Assembly: GCA_023920165.1 (NCBI GenBank)
Contig: CP089276.1
Span: 2,232,001 to 2,296,000, forward strand
Reading direction: 5' to 3'
Length of the DNA stretch: 64,000 bases
From: Curvularia clavata
Lineage: Eukaryota
The first letter of the stretch is position 1. Each line of letters begins with the position of its first letter. A program made the translations under genes and the position numbers. The notes under the pieces are model-generated. The model ran no database searches. It was not told where the DNA came from and worked only from the letters and a program-made list of their open reading frames with translations. Positions 25,423 through 39,088 of the stretch are shown here, in pieces.

Positions 25423-27019
25423 TCAGAGCTCATTGTGCTCGTGCGAAGTTTCAAGCTCTTCTGGAATCTCTTCTACTTGAATCTTGACTTGCTCGGGGTC
25501 AGGCTGCTTCTCCTGCTTGGGCTGTGGCTTCTCGCCAGGAACCAGGAGCGCATCCGATAACTTCTCCTTCTTGCCTTCGCCCATGCGGATGGCGTCGACC
25601 CATTGCTCGACTTCCTCAATGCCGAATGTGCTGCCAGGGTATTTCTTATACCAGGCACGCTTGCCATTTGTGGCGACGAGGTGGACTTGGTCTGCACTTC
25701 CGAGACCCAGCTCCGCGATCAAGCTGGCGGCAAGGGGGTTGATCGACGAAACGCCAACAAAGGGGAAGAGACGGCTTCCAGAATTATCGTACTTCTTGTG
25801 GATAGAGGCAAGGGAACCGACAGCAGTAGTGGCTGCTTCCGAGGTTTCTTCCTTAGGCAAGAGTGCGAGAATACATGTCTTACTTTGTTCGGTCAAGCAC
25901 ATGGATTGAAGCTCCGCAGATTCTGAGACGACAGGAATGGTTGGCTTAAGTTCTTCTTTGGGAAGGACAATTGGGTTGGGCGTGTTCTCGTCCTTTACAT
26001 TCGGATCAGGTGATTCTGTGGGCGCTTCGACAGTTTCTTCTGTTGCTGATGCAGCAGCAGAAGAAGCTTCCGACTCCTTATGAGCAGCTGAGGCCTTGGA
26101 AAATTTACTCGAGGCCTTTGAATCCTTCTTGGTGTCCTTTTTGCCCTTGGGCTTCTTCTCCTTGGCCGGTGGACAGTCGGGGTTCGGTGGGGCGATCTGA
26201 GAAAGGAATTCGACCATACCGGCCTTGTCGACCTTGCCCTTATGCTTGATAGGTGTGTCTGAGCCGGCGGGAATGAGAATCAGGGTGGGATACTCAGTAA
26301 TGCCGTACTTTTCAACCGCCGCCTTTTCGGTCTTCTTGACTTGGGCAACGGAGATGATACCAGAAAAGTCAATTGCTAGTGCCCTCAATGTAGCACTGAC
26401 AATTCCCTTTTCGCTGAACAAGATAGCCTTGGCCATGTCTTTGTTCTCCTGCAGCCATTCATCCAGATTCTTGTCGTTGACCCTCTTGACCGAATTAGGA
26501 ACTTTGTCCTTGACAGCTTCTACAATGCCCTTGGCGGAGCGAGGGCCCTGATAGTCCTCCACGGTTGGTTTGCCTGGCTTCTTGCTGGGACGGACAATCT
26601 TGAGTGTGGGGAAGCCCTGGACACCCATTCTTCCGCAAAAGGGCTTGTTCATCTCTTCGTCGCAATTGATGGCGGCGACCTTGGCAATGCCCTGGAGCGA
26701 TTTGGCGGCCGTTTCATAAGCGGGCTTGAGGTTCTTGCAGTGTCCGCACCATGGCGCATAGAATCTGTGAGGCATGAGAGTGCGACTTTTGGTCAGGATG
26801 GGCGGATAGCTTACTCAACAATCTGGCATGTTGTTAGCCAAGCAGCGCCCAAATCAGCGGTTCCATACTTACAGAAGTATAATTGGACTTTGCAATGACC
26901 CGATCATAGTCCATGCCGGTGATCTGAACAACGGCGCTGTTCTTCGAGTACATGCTCTCGGCGTGCGCATTTAGGGCCAGCGCAGCAGTGGCCGCAAGCA
27001 GCGTCGACGAGCGCACCAT
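25423..27019 (-). CDS. MPD1: Protein disulfide isomerase family, Mpd1-like thioredoxin protein
   Basis: Signal peptide MVRSSTLLAATAALAL, single FYAPWCGHCK, GVQGFPTLK, C-terminal HNEL ER-retention signal. 8-nt exon at 26815-26822. Confidence 0.88.
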
Positions 27020-27288
27020 AGTTGCTTGGTGAGTATCCGTGTGTGTATGTGCAGGGAGAGTAGAACAGAGAAGAACGGAGCTGCTGCAACAGTTATATCA
27101 GCTCACCCGGCCTTGTTGCCAGGTTGGCCTTTTCTTTTCAATTTGTAACAGTCGCGTCTGTGACTACCTGGCCATAGCTGCGATGCGGGGAGACAGGGGT
27201 GCTGCGCTGCTAGCGCCTATGACCGCATTCCTCCCTCCTCCATCCCCACGTCCCTGCATTCAACACCAACAAACACATTTCAAAAGCC

Positions 27289-28684
27289 ATGGCCAGCGTC
27301 ACCCCGGCGAAGCTCAAGAAGCTGCAGCTCGCAGAGCCGGCCAAGCGTGCCGCCCAGCTTGAGCGCATCAAGCCCATCATCACATACTGGCGTGAGTACC
27401 GCTGCGGACCATGTTACTACTCACGACGCGCATGCTAACAATATCATGGGTAGTGCGCTTCTATATGGTTCAGAAAATAATCGCCGGCGGACTGCACTCG
27501 GCCGACCAAGAATGTACCGCCTACACGACTGACCTGATGGAGAAGCTCGAGCAGGCGAAGGCTGAGCATCCCACCGAGGATGCCTTGGTGGATGATACGG
27601 TCGCAAGCGCATACTGCGAGCAGTTCGCCCTCCAAACGCTGGGCAAGGCAGAACGCGAGATGGCTGAGAACAGAGTCAATGGGTCCGTCCGTCACTTCTC
27701 TCATCATCACGAGCGCCCGGACTAACTTCTATGTTTAGCCAGACAGTCGACACACTTCGCGCCGCGTCCACATTTCTCGAGATGATGTCTATATGGAAGA
27801 ATAACGACCCTGAAATCGCCGCCAAGACAAAGTATGCCAAATACCATGCGCTACGCATCCTGAAAGCAATCAAGGCCGGCGAAGACCCCAATGCCACCAA
27901 CCCTGTACAAGAACAGCCTGACCAACCACTTGCCTTGGATCCTCAAGATCCTGAAGTTCAGCGTATAAACCAAGGCGCTCCGCCGCAGAGCCCATATCAA
28001 CCCTACGTTGAGTCGGCTCCAGATACATCTGTGCAGCCGTCGCCCAACTTCTCCGCTCCCCCAGTGTCACCGCCTCCACCTAACTTTCCTTCTGCTCCTA
28101 CGGGATACACACAGTCGTCGCACAACGACGTATCTCCTATTTCGCAACCTGCGCAGTCACGACAAGGCTCTATCACCTCAATCGGTGGGGGTTATTTCCC
28201 AAGGACAGATCCTCCCACCTTTACAGGCGAATCGGCAGCACCGGGCCTTCCAACGGCGCCTATGGATGCAGACCCTTTGACGTCTTCTCTCCCGACAAGC
28301 CCACAGGCACCACAAGCGCCCGAGCCTTCCGACCCTGCGAGCTTTTACCAAAACCCTACATCACCACCGGCCGCTCCATCTGTCCAGCAACCACGACCTC
28401 CCCAAAATCCTTACCAACCAACCCCTCAGAATCAATATACATCCCCCTCACCACAACCACCTCAACAACACACACCAGCACCTCACCAGAACCCATATGT
28501 TCAGACGACTCCGCAGCCTCCCCAACCTCCACAACAGTATTCCAACGGACCATTCAAGAATGATGAAGACTCCATCATGTTGGCGCAAAAGCATGCCAAA
28601 TGGGCAATCTCTGCACTGAATTTTGAGGACGCCGATACTGCAGTGAAAGAACTGCGCATCGCTCTGAGGGCTTTGGGCGCATGA
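27289..28684 (+). CDS. VTA1: Vta1 (Vps4 activator, ESCRT)
   Basis: N-terminal MIT region (PIITYW, KYAKYHALRILKAIKAGEDPN), Pro-rich linker, C-terminal VSL AQKHAKWAISALNFED. Two introns. Confidence 0.93.
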
Positions 28685-29118
28685 GGCTTGGATCATCTAT
28701 CGGTAGTATCCAGGAGTTTGACTCACATTGCATTTATGAAGCTCATGACATTTGGGTGGTTTGCTGTATACCCATGTTTGTAAATTTGTCCATATGAGGA
28801 AACTCATGCTGGGGGGTGTAGTATGAGCGCATGTCGGATATAATCTAGACGCGAAATTCAAGCATAACAACACAAGGAATACAAGTAGTCAAGCAACTGA
28901 CGCATGGCCCAAGAATCAAATCCCCACTTTGCATCTGCTTTTGCCCTAGTCTGATGCCAAGATACGCGCGTGCACGTGCCTTTGAAGCAGAGCTTAAGAA
29001 TGCCAATCCGAGCCCATCTCTTGTCCTCATCGACCTTCACACCACAAGGGCGAGCTGCATGTAGTCATGCTTCTAGGGGAGCCTCGCAATAGCTGTAACT
29101 CATGATACGGCGGCGACT

Positions 29119-31405
29119 ATGGCGCCCATAACCCCTTTCAATGCGGCGGACATAACTGAAAAAGCGCGGCGAGAGCTGCTTCTTCTGCTCGAGGGTGTAA
29201 GGTAATATCAGCGCCGCAAAGTGCTGCACCGTCTAACATATGTGACTAGATAAGAGGGAAGAAGAATCTCGTGCTTGAGAAAGCTCTTGCTGGTCCGCTG
29301 AACCTCCTCGTCAAGTTCTCAACCCTGCAGGAATATGGCGTGGACAAGCCTTTCTTCCTGGAGAACGACAACGTCGACTCCTCACAACGCAACATTGTCT
29401 TCCTTGTCAGAGGCGAAAAGGCAAAGTCGGTGATGGCTGTGGCTGGTAAGTGAAGCTTCCTAGCTTCCTTACTTCATTCCTCGCATGCGTCACTGCATGA
29501 TTTTTTTGGGTCAAAAAGTAGGCTAGGCAGATTTTTTACCTACTCTGCCTGGCCAGTCTTGATCCCTAGAATAAACAAAGCGCTTTTATTGGATTGCCTA
29601 TCTTCTCCATATAGGAACAGTCTATTGTACGGTGCTAACATTGCAGATAGAGCAAATAAAACGTATTCGACGCGACAGCGATATTGAACATGAATTTTCT
29701 ATTTTCTGGGTACCTCGTCGTACGTTGACTTCGGACCAACTGCTTGAAGAAGCAGGCGTCTTGGGCGAGGCTAGTGTGAGCGAGTGGCCATTGTTCCTTG
29801 TGCCTCTCGCAGAGGACGTCTTATCGCTTGAGCTCGAAGATGCTGTATCGGATCTGTATCTCGTATGTTGCCTCGCCTTATCATCGTACATCTGAGGCTG
29901 ACTGTTTGAAGAGAAAGGACCCCACTGCCATCTACTTGTCAGCCAAAGCATTGATGCTTCAACAGCAAAAGTGTGGACTCTTTCCACGAATCATTGGCAA
30001 AGGTGACAATGCAAAGCGCCTTGCAGACTTGCTCATCCGCATGCGCACCGAGGTTGCGGCAAGCGAGACGTCTGCTGGCGGAGGGCCATCGTTTCTGGGC
30101 TTGACACCTAGTTCCAGCATGGACAGCCTCGTCATTATTGATCGAGAAGTCGATTTTCCCACCGTGCTTCTAACTCAGCTGACTTATGAGGGTCTCATTG
30201 ATGAAGTTTTCAACATTTCTGCTAACCAAACAGAAGTCGATTCTTCGGTTGTCGGCGGCGCAGCGCCTCAGCAAGGACAGACAGGTTCAGCATCTACGAG
30301 TATGAAGCGCAAGATTATGATTGATCCAAAAGACACGCTATACGCTGACCTTGGAGATGCCAACTTTGCCATTGTAGGCAATCTTCTGAACCAGGCAGCT
30401 CGGCGGCTCCAGAGCAGCACTGGGCGCGACCAGCTTGCCACAAAAACAACTTCGGAGCTGCGCGACTTTGTTGCCAAGCTTCCAGGCTATCAAGCTGAGC
30501 AGGCAAGCCTAAAACTACACACTAGCCTTGCGGAAGAGATTATCAAGTTCACGCGTACGGACGTCTTCACACGCAGTCTAGAGGTGCAGCAGAATATCAT
30601 GTCCGGTGCAGATCCAACCACGCAGCACGACACGATCACCGAACTCATCAACCGCGATATACCGCTGTCTGCTATCTTGCGCCTCCTGTGCTTAGAGAGC
30701 ACAACCAATGCAGGCGTCCGTCCCAAAGACCTCGAGAACTTCAAGCGCGCCATCATCCAAGCATACGGACCTCAGCATATGCTCACTCTCGCTTCTCTTG
30801 AAAAAATGGGTCTGCTCGCCCCACGAGGCGGTGTAAGTCTTGGTGGTGTAGGCGCACCCGCAAAGCCTGGTACTGTAACAAACTACACGCCATTGAGAAA
30901 GAGTTTGAAACTCTGGGATGACGATGTGAATGAAGCGGACCCCAATGATATTTCCTATGCCTTTTCGGGCTATGCACCGTTGAGCGTCCGCCTAGTTCAA
31001 TCCGTTATCCAGAAACATACTCTAGCAAATGTCATCAAACCCCCAACTGACCCGAGAGCTTCCGCTCAAGCAAATCCCCTCGCTCAGGGCCTCCGCATCT
31101 TCGATGATGCAACCAAATACATACGTGGTACGACATTTGACGAGGCGCAAAAGGGAGAGGAAAAGGCCGCCAAGGCGAGGCAACTCCTGAACGGCAGTCA
31201 GGCCGAGAAGAACAAGACGATTGTCGTCTTCTTTGTCGGAGGCGTCACAAGGGCTGAGATTGCAACCTTGAGGTTCATCGGCAACAAGCTAAAGGAGTCT
31301 GGGGGCGAGGGCAGAGGCACTCGTATTGTGGTGTGTGCGACGAATATCATCAGAGGTGACGAATTGATGAGCAGTGCAGTTGAGAAGAGGAAATTCAAGG
31401 GCTAG
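29119..31405 (+). CDS. VPS33: Vps33, Sec1/Munc18 family (HOPS/CORVET)
   Basis: GKKNLVLEKAL, FWVPRRTL, IIDREVD...LLTQLTYEGLIDE, PNDISYAFSGYAPLSVRLVQ, FFVGGVTRAEIATLRF. Three introns. Confidence 0.94.
29508..29643 (+). ncRNA. Box H/ACA snoRNA in VPS33 intron 2 (5' pocket probably snR80-like)
   Basis: Hairpin 1: GGGTCAA/TTGATCC and GGCTAGGCAGA/TCTGCCTGGCC. H box AGAATA 29568-29573. Hairpin 2: AGCGCT/GGTGCT, TGGATTG/CAGTCTA, CCTAT/ATAGG. ACA at 29638-29640. Confidence 0.85.
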
Positions 31406-32133
31406 GAAAGTGCATGTGTAGCGTGGTTTTTCGGTCTCTGCAGTTCTCAATCTGTGTGATAATAAGGCGGAAGTAGTAATCACTGTATAGGTCCATAATA
31501 ATACAAGCTGTGAAATACGCGACTCTCTCGAAGAGGACGGTTAACACTTCGTCATTCGTGTTTACCGGAATTGACAAGTAGGACGAAGAGTAATTGTCCA
31601 TAATATCAGCGTTGTAATTGCCCGAACATGAGATCTTGTCTCACAGCGTGGTTTATCCATCGCGGCATTCTGAGTAAAAGAGATACTCATTGATGAGCGC
31701 ACTAATCCACAAGCTTTGGAGCCTTCAGATCAGGCCATACATGCTCATACACCAAGCGGTGCGCACATGGTGCAAATACCCAGCCGTACCGCTTGCGCAG
31801 TAGCGTCGCCGCTCTCCGCCCGCTTCTGTCCATGGCACGTGCATAGCTCTCTTTATGAGTGTACGATTCGTATGTTTACGAGGCAATGCAATGATGAAAT
31901 CGAGGCCGCTCTTCCCCGCTCGTCCCCGACAAGCTACGGACTTTGCGAGACAAACAATGAGTAAATGTCGGCTTCACTACAGACAGATTGAGTATGGTGG
32001 AGGATATATATTGCAAGATCAAAAGGTATAAGAGGAGACATGAATTTAGAGGAACCAGACACTATTCCAATACTCCCTAGCATCTTCCTACCTCATCATC
32101 TCTATATTTCATTCACACTGACCTATCTCTATC

Positions 32134-32940
32134 ATGGCCCACCAAAACCGCCTCGCAAACGCTCATGTTCTCATCTTCGGAGGAACTTCAGGCATCGGGT
32201 TTGCGATTGCTAACATGGCCCTCTCTTACGGTGCGAGAGTCACAATTTCCGGCTCCAACCAACCTAAAGTCGATTCTAAAGTCGAGCATCTGCGATCACT
32301 ATACCCAAATACTCCAGCTGCCAATGTAGCCGGCTTCGCCGTCAACTTGCTCGACAAAGAGAACATCGAAGCAAACTTAAAAGCGATGCTGGACAAGGCT
32401 ACTGAAAATGGAACAAAAAAGGTGGATCATATCGCCTATACAGCAGGAGATGGCCTTGTTCTACCCAAACTCAGCGAGTTGGACGTGACTACCGCGCTCG
32501 ACATGTTCACAGTCCGCTTCTTCGCAACATGTGCTTTGGCCAAAGTTATTCACAACGGAGACTACATGCCCAAATCGTCCTCCAGCTCCATTACGCTGAC
32601 CGGAGGCACAAACACACACCGTCCAACTCCAAACTTCTTTTTGGGCGCAGCTGTCGGCGCCTCTGTTGAAGGCCTTACACGAGGTCTCGCTGTAGAAATG
32701 GCACCGATTCGCGTTAACTTGGTACACCCGGGAGCCATACACACCGAGCTCCTTCAGAAACTGCTAGATAAGTCTCCGCCAGAGGCTTTGGAGAAGATGA
32801 AGAAGATATATAGTCTGACAGGCGAGTTTGGGCGACCGGAGGATATTGCAGAGGCGTATGGTTGGATCATGAAGGATAGGTTCGCTAATGGGACGCAAGT
32901 GAGCAGCGACGGTGGACGCCTGCTTGTTGGACCTCAGTAA
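32134..32940 (+). CDS. Short-chain dehydrogenase/reductase
   Basis: GGTSGIG Rossmann motif, LAVEMAPIRVNLVHPGAIHT, GRPEDIAEAY, DGG; intronless. Confidence 0.92.
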   Translation: MAHQNRLANAHVLIFGGTSGIGFAIANMALSYGARVTISGSNQPKVDSKVEHLRSLYPNTPAANVAGFAVNLLDKENIEANLKAMLDKATENGTKKVDHIAYTAGDGLVLPKLSELDVTTALDMFTVRFFATCALAKVIHNGDYMPKSSSSSITLTGGTNTHRPTPNFFLGAAVGASVEGLTRGLAVEMAPIRVNLVHPGAIHTELLQKLLDKSPPEALEKMKKIYSLTGEFGRPEDIAEAYGWIMKDRFANGTQVSSDGGRLLVGPQ

Positions 32941-34420
32941 ATGGGTTTACTACGGCACTAGGCATTGTACAAATAATGAAACAAAGTAACAGCGAAGATA
33001 AAAGCCAGGGCGAGGTGAAGTTGGACCTTAGTGATGTAGTAGATCATGCAGCTTTAGACAACGACAGAGTAATCTCTTTCTTGTGCCTTTTATCATTGTC
33101 ATGCGATATATAGCAACCGTGCAAGATACGTGTACCAACACAGAGTACGCAACTCCCGTAACAAGAGCTTTTCTAACTGAGATCCATCTGAGCAAAAAAA
33201 TGAAAATGAAAATAAGCTTGCTATTATGGTTACTCTCACCTGCTTCACCGCACTCCCTACGTCACTAGCTTCGTTTACCCCATTCACTACCTAAACAAAA
33301 AAATAATAAACGAAAACGCAAAAATCAAGCAATCCAATCTACTCCGCTTCTGTTACTCCAACGGGCGTCCCTGATTAGATTCCAAGGCCCGCCCTCCTAG
33401 CTTGCAACCCATTACTGACGACGACGACACTGGGATTATGCAGTGTTCTTATGCCTGTCAGCAGTATTGATTAATGTTACAGCCCACGATTGGATGATTG
33501 GGGTCATCCCAGTGTCGTCGTTGCTAGGAGCCCACCCGACCATGGGGTGGACTGGATTGCTTGATAGGAAGATGCTAAATATGTAAGTATTCATAGCACA
33601 AGAAGCAAATTGCGTGGGTAGGGTAGAGTAGCAGCCGTTTGATGCTTGCATGCAGCGTATGTTTGTGCCACTGTCCTTTCACGTATGATATTGGCATGAA
33701 TCTCAACGCTACCGGCGCGCAGCAGACAGATCATCATTGCCAAAAGGGCTGTGTTAGCATAGTAGTCTACTGTGGCGGTATTTATCTACTTGTATGCGCT
33801 TCGCTGTCAACATCGTGGAGGGAGTAGCATCACGGATGAGGCTCTTGTAGCTGCCATAATTCATCAAGTGGATCGATGTGCCGTAGAAGTATTCTGTCGA
33901 CAAGCCATAGCAGTATGGGGAGAACGCGAATTTGGAATTCTCTGCCTAGCCATCAGTACCCAGGAAACGTCAGGCTCATATCTAATTACTGTTCAGTAAT
34001 CCCTACTTTTGTACTAGATTGCACATCCGCTTAAGTTCTCCATCAACAGTATAACTTATGAGACAGAAGAATTGCACCACGACTGCCAAGCATGGTCCTA
34101 ATGCTCAAGTGCCGGAAAAGTGCCAGACCAGCAGATGCAAACGTGACTTGGCGTTCTCGTAATGCTGCTTTCTAACATGACTAAAGTAAGCACAGCTGCC
34201 TGTTGTTTACGCCTGTAAGCCACTAGCAGATTGTGGCGTTACAGCATATGCTGGCTTGCTAGAAGCGAAGTCTTTGCACGCACCGCTTTGCCGTCTCCTG
34301 ATGTACCAAATTCAAAATAAAACTACATCCGCTCACTCTGACAAAACGACCCTTTCAGCTCTTGAAGACACGAGGCAAATACGAATATTTCTGGATTAAT
34401 TTGAACCATCTCTCTCATGA

Positions 34421-34440
34421 TGCTGCTGCTGCTGCTGCTG
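34421..34440 (+). repeat. (TGC)n microsatellite
   Basis: tgctgctgctgctgctgctg in intergenic DNA. Confidence 0.85.
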
Positions 34441-35512
34441 TTACAGTGGTTTGACTGTAAGCTGGGCGATTTTAATGGGGCGGTTCTTATCTGACCGTTG
34501 TGGCACATCATGAGGCAATGGCTTGCTTGGAGCCGAATCTTTGTACGCGCGCTTTGCCGTGTTTCAGGTGTAAGGCTGCGCAAGGCCATAACAGAGCTTG
34601 CACATTGTTATCTCAAACGAGCATAGTTTACAGCCAAATGTCATCGGACGAAATGAGGACACCCTAGGTAACGTTTGTCTACGTAACGTTATGCCTACCC
34701 ACATGGGGTAGCTGAAGTGCTCGCCTTACTGCCCATCAGCCCTGACTTTCATCCGATTTTAAGAGAAAAAAAAAGCCACATATCCACAAGCGCATGCCAG
34801 CAAGCTGAAATTCCAGGTATTTGTCGGAGCAACTATTGCTGCCTGCGGAGCATTTGTCCAATAAGCGCACGACGAGAAAGTCGGAGGAACAACACCCCGT
34901 CTCAAGCCACCGAACGCGGAAGGCCTTTCATAGGTCAGATACATATCACACTCACAGCAACATGCACGTCACGATACATGCAAGGCTGTTTCGCTTTCTC
35001 CGAAGCCTCTAAAGGTAGTGCCTTACTCTAGGTATTGGCTGGAGCAACCGGAGGTCTGAAATTAGACGTATCATGGCAGACCTGATGTCTATGACGGTAA
35101 ATGCACAGACCGCATGCATCGCATATTGTGCCATTTCGAGAGCGCGCTATTAGCCAGTGGGTCATCTAGGTGGCTGAACCCGGGTGTCAGTCGACGGTGT
35201 AGCTCTTGTTGCTGGGCGTCTCTCCGATAGGAAAACGTTGGTCCGTCGACTTGAGAAACGATGGCGGAATAGTCTTACCGAACGCCCGACAGATGGGCTT
35301 TTAGCATGCCCGTGGGAGCATTAGGGATATTTTGCAGAGTGTGCCAGGTGGGTATATCTGTGATGGCTGCTGTCCACCTTAAGACAACACCAAGCAGCTG
35401 AAGCATCTTGAGTTATCAATACACTTAGGCATTGGCCTTTTCTCTCCTCCATCCTTTGGAGAATTCTCTCTTACCAGCTTTCCCAGACTAGTCCAACGCA
35501 AAGACAAGGGTC

Positions 35513-37369
35513 ATGGCGACTCCATTACAGCCTCCCGAAGACGTTATCAAGGCCCCAGTGCCCGCTCCAGAAACTGCAAGTGAAACGACCTCTAGCCAAG
35601 CCGATGTTGTAGTAGAACCAGAGAAGTTTGAGCCAGGCTGGCGGTTTCTGGCTGCTTTTGGCAGTCTCTGTATCATAACACTCATGGCTGCACTTGACGC
35701 TACTTCTATATCAGTCGCTCTTCCGGTAAGTTCACACGGCCTTTAAGCTCTAGTAGTTGCAGGCTAACGATATCTAGATCATTGCCAGAGCACTAGGCGG
35801 GTCCGCTATTGAGGCATTCTGGAGCGGCACCTCGTTCCTGTTGACCTCGACAGTCTTCCAGCCAGTATTGGGATCGTTCTCGCACATATTTGGTAGAAAA
35901 TCAATGATCTACGTCAGTCTTGGGTTCTTCCTTGCTGGCTCCATCATCCCAGCCGTTGCCGACAACTTTACCGTCATCCTAGTCGGTCGTTCCATCCAGG
36001 GTGTCGGAGGCGGAGGTATCATTTGCTTGACCGAGATGGTTGTGGTAGATACAGTACCTCTACGTGAGCGAGGAAAGTGGATTAGCTTTTTTGGTGCCAT
36101 GTGGTCGATCGGGACTGTGGCAGGACCTCTTCTCGGTAAGTGATGTTGCAACACATGTGTGGGAGAAAAAGGCTAATGGGAATCAAGGCGGCGGCTTCTC
36201 ACAGAACGTCAGCTGGAGATGGTAAGTCGAATTCATAGAAAATGTCACCAAGAATAACCGCGTACGGACGACTAACATCTCAAAGGATTTTTTGGATCAA
36301 CTTACCCTTTGTGGGTATAGGCGCTGCCATGATTACTATCTTTCTCAAGCTCAACCAAAAGCACAGCGGCTTTCTCGCCAAACTCCGTGAGGTAGACTGG
36401 ATCGGCATGGTGCTCTTCCTTGCCTCGACGACTGGCTTCCTGATTCCTGTTACCTGGGGAGGAATACAGTATCCTTGGGACTCGTGGCGCACACTTGTGC
36501 CTCTCATTGTATGCGGCGTAGGCATGTGTGCCTTTGTCCTATACATTGAGTTTGTCGCTGCCAACCCGCTCATCCGCACGTCAGTCTTCAAGAACCGGTC
36601 TGCTGCTATCCTGTACATTTGTACCGTACTCCACGGCATCATTCTCTGGGCTATCCTCTATTACCTGCCGCTCTACTTTGAGGCAGTCAAAGGATTTGGT
36701 CCGATTCTCACCGGAGTTGCATTGTTTCCCTGGACATTTACTGTTGCGCCCGCTTCCATTGCGACAGGTATTGCCATTGCGATTCTAGGCAAGTACCGCT
36801 GGGCAAATCGCGTCGGGTGGCTCCTTACTACGCTCGGTATGGGCCTCCTGATACTCATCAAAGTCAACACTTCTACTCCAGCGTGGATCTTCCTCTGCCT
36901 GGTGGGTGGTGTGGGTACCGGTATTCTATTCCCTGCCATGGCATTGGGCGTCCAAGCAAGTGCAACGGCAGAGGATCAGGCGTACGCCGCTAACATGTTT
37001 TCCTTTTTCCGCGCCTTTGGCCAGACAATCGGAGTGGCAGTGGGTGGAGTCGTCTTCCAAAATCAGATGAAGAAGAAGATGTTGACATTTCCACTGTTGG
37101 CTGAATTCGCGGACGAGTATTCCCAGGATGCTGCGGGCCTGGTCCGGATTATCAAGGAGATGCCTGGAGGAACCATGAAGGAACAACTGAAGGAAAGCTA
37201 TACGGATGCATTGAAGTACATCTGGATTGTCATACTGGCCTTCAGTGCTGTCGCCCTGATCGGTAGCATCTTTATCGAGTCTTACGACATGAACGGGGCT
37301 ATGAACCAAGATAGAGCCTTTGTAGACAAGGACAAGGTCAAGGACATGGAAAAGAACACCAGCCAGTAA
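35513..37369 (+). CDS. MFS drug:H+ antiporter, 14-TM (DHA2) type
   Basis: ALDATSISVALP, SHIFGRK, GRSIQGVGGGG, VPLRERGK, GPLLGG, WRWIFWINLP after splicing three introns. Confidence 0.92.
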
Positions 37370-39088
37370 AGGAGAATGGGGGCAGATTTTTTTTGGAGAA
37401 GCATCAAGATGACGACTAGAATTTCCTTTGGATACCTTTAGAATTAGGCGGAAACGACGCAGGGCATTGCCTGCAGTGTATGGAATAATATATAATAAGA
37501 ACACATGTCTCGTATCCCGTCGGACTATGGTTTGGTTGACGTGGGCTCGATTACATCAATCGAAGCCTTAGGCCGCTAACGACACGGCCTGTGGTCTGTC
37601 GTCAGTTGTCTAGTACGCAAAAAGAGGGCCTCGAAAGTATTTTTGGGGCAAAGAGGGCCGGACGGCGTGGGACCGGGACTTGGATCACGGCCTCGTTGAA
37701 ATGTGAAACACGCTACCCGCCGTTGACTGGGGTGGGTACGAGCAGGCTTGCGTCATTATCGACCCAAGACATGGCAATGATAGCTGCAAGCAGAGGTGTG
37801 CGTAGACGTGTAAGAGAGGAAGTGCGTCCCAGTGGATGCAGTATATTGGGAGTGACGAGAATGACTGGTGGTGCTGGTGGTGTGGTAATCAGGACAGACG
37901 GCTTGCGTCCCTGCAGGTGAGCCTGGCCGCCTGGGGCACCCATGCCAAACGACCAGGGTCTCGGATGGGCAAGGCGAGCAGCTCCAAATGATGGTAGTAT
38001 GCGACCATAGCTGGAGAAAAAAAGAGACGGTGCTGGCCTGGGCTAACGGCAGAAGATTAAGCGCATGCCTAGTCGAAGCTACGCAACAGCCATTGACAAC
38101 GTGGTCAGCCCAGAGGCATGGTCGCCCACGACAACACACGGCAGGTATGTAGTGCAAATTAAAGACGATGCAGCGGCTCTATCGCGGATGTTTGTGAGGC
38201 GTGTGCTGGGACCAGCCAAGTCAGACAACGGCGGCGCAGCAAAAAGTATGGTGCCATGGGGCCCGCAGCAGCCACCACGACGCCCGCGACGGCACCTTTT
38301 ATTTTTTATTTTTTTCCCCTCTAGAGCATTCGTTCTCGGCAGATGGGCTCGTAGTGGGATGATTGGGCGTTGCCGCACAGGGGAATCTGGAGCGCAGTTG
38401 TGTTTGTCGCAGGATGGTGTGCAATCGACGACTTGTTCCTGTCAATGGTTGGCGCATACGCACTAGTCTCTGGAGAGAGCACTAGTCCAGGCAGCACAGC
38501 CAATCAGCGCCGTGCTAGTCGGCCCACCCCGGGATCTTGCTCTCATGGCTCCCGAGACGCTCACGCCCCTTTGATTATCCCACGCTCAACACCCGTGTGT
38601 TCCTTTGCCAAAAAAGCAGCGCGGGCGGGCGGCACCCTTTGATTCACGCGCATCATCCCCTCACCACAGTCATTCGTTTCAGCATTCCAGCAGAAAGCAG
38701 TATCCTGCACCTAATACCCCGTCTCTTCACGCCCAGCCCACGTTTCCCATTCACCGCGCGCCAAGCAACCCTCGCCAGGCACCTCCTTCCCGCCATCGCC
38801 TCATACCACGCGTCTAGGACCGACCGACTGCCTGGATCAATTCCGCCACATACCACCCACCAACGCCCCCATCACCACTACCCTCGTCACTCTCACCACG
38901 CAGACACGTTGCGTCGCGCCGCGCCTCTGCGAGCACAGGCGACGGCAACCCGCAACCATCCGGAGCTCCCCTTGTCGTCTCGCCTCATCCCCATGCCGGA
39001 CTTGGCCAGCTTCTTTTGGTGAACACTACCTCCGACAACCGCATACGATACCGTATTCTTTCTGTCCGTCGCGCCACCCACTGCTGCC

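Noticed and set aside
25423..31405. Functional clustering of MPD1, VTA1 and VPS33 (and ERO1 further on)
   Set aside because: Adjacency of housekeeping genes is expected by chance; no shared regulatory signal was seen.
37590..39020. Several 100-160 aa ORFs upstream of RAX2
   Set aside because: GC-rich promoter/5'-UTR sequence with overlapping frames on both strands and no protein-like motif.
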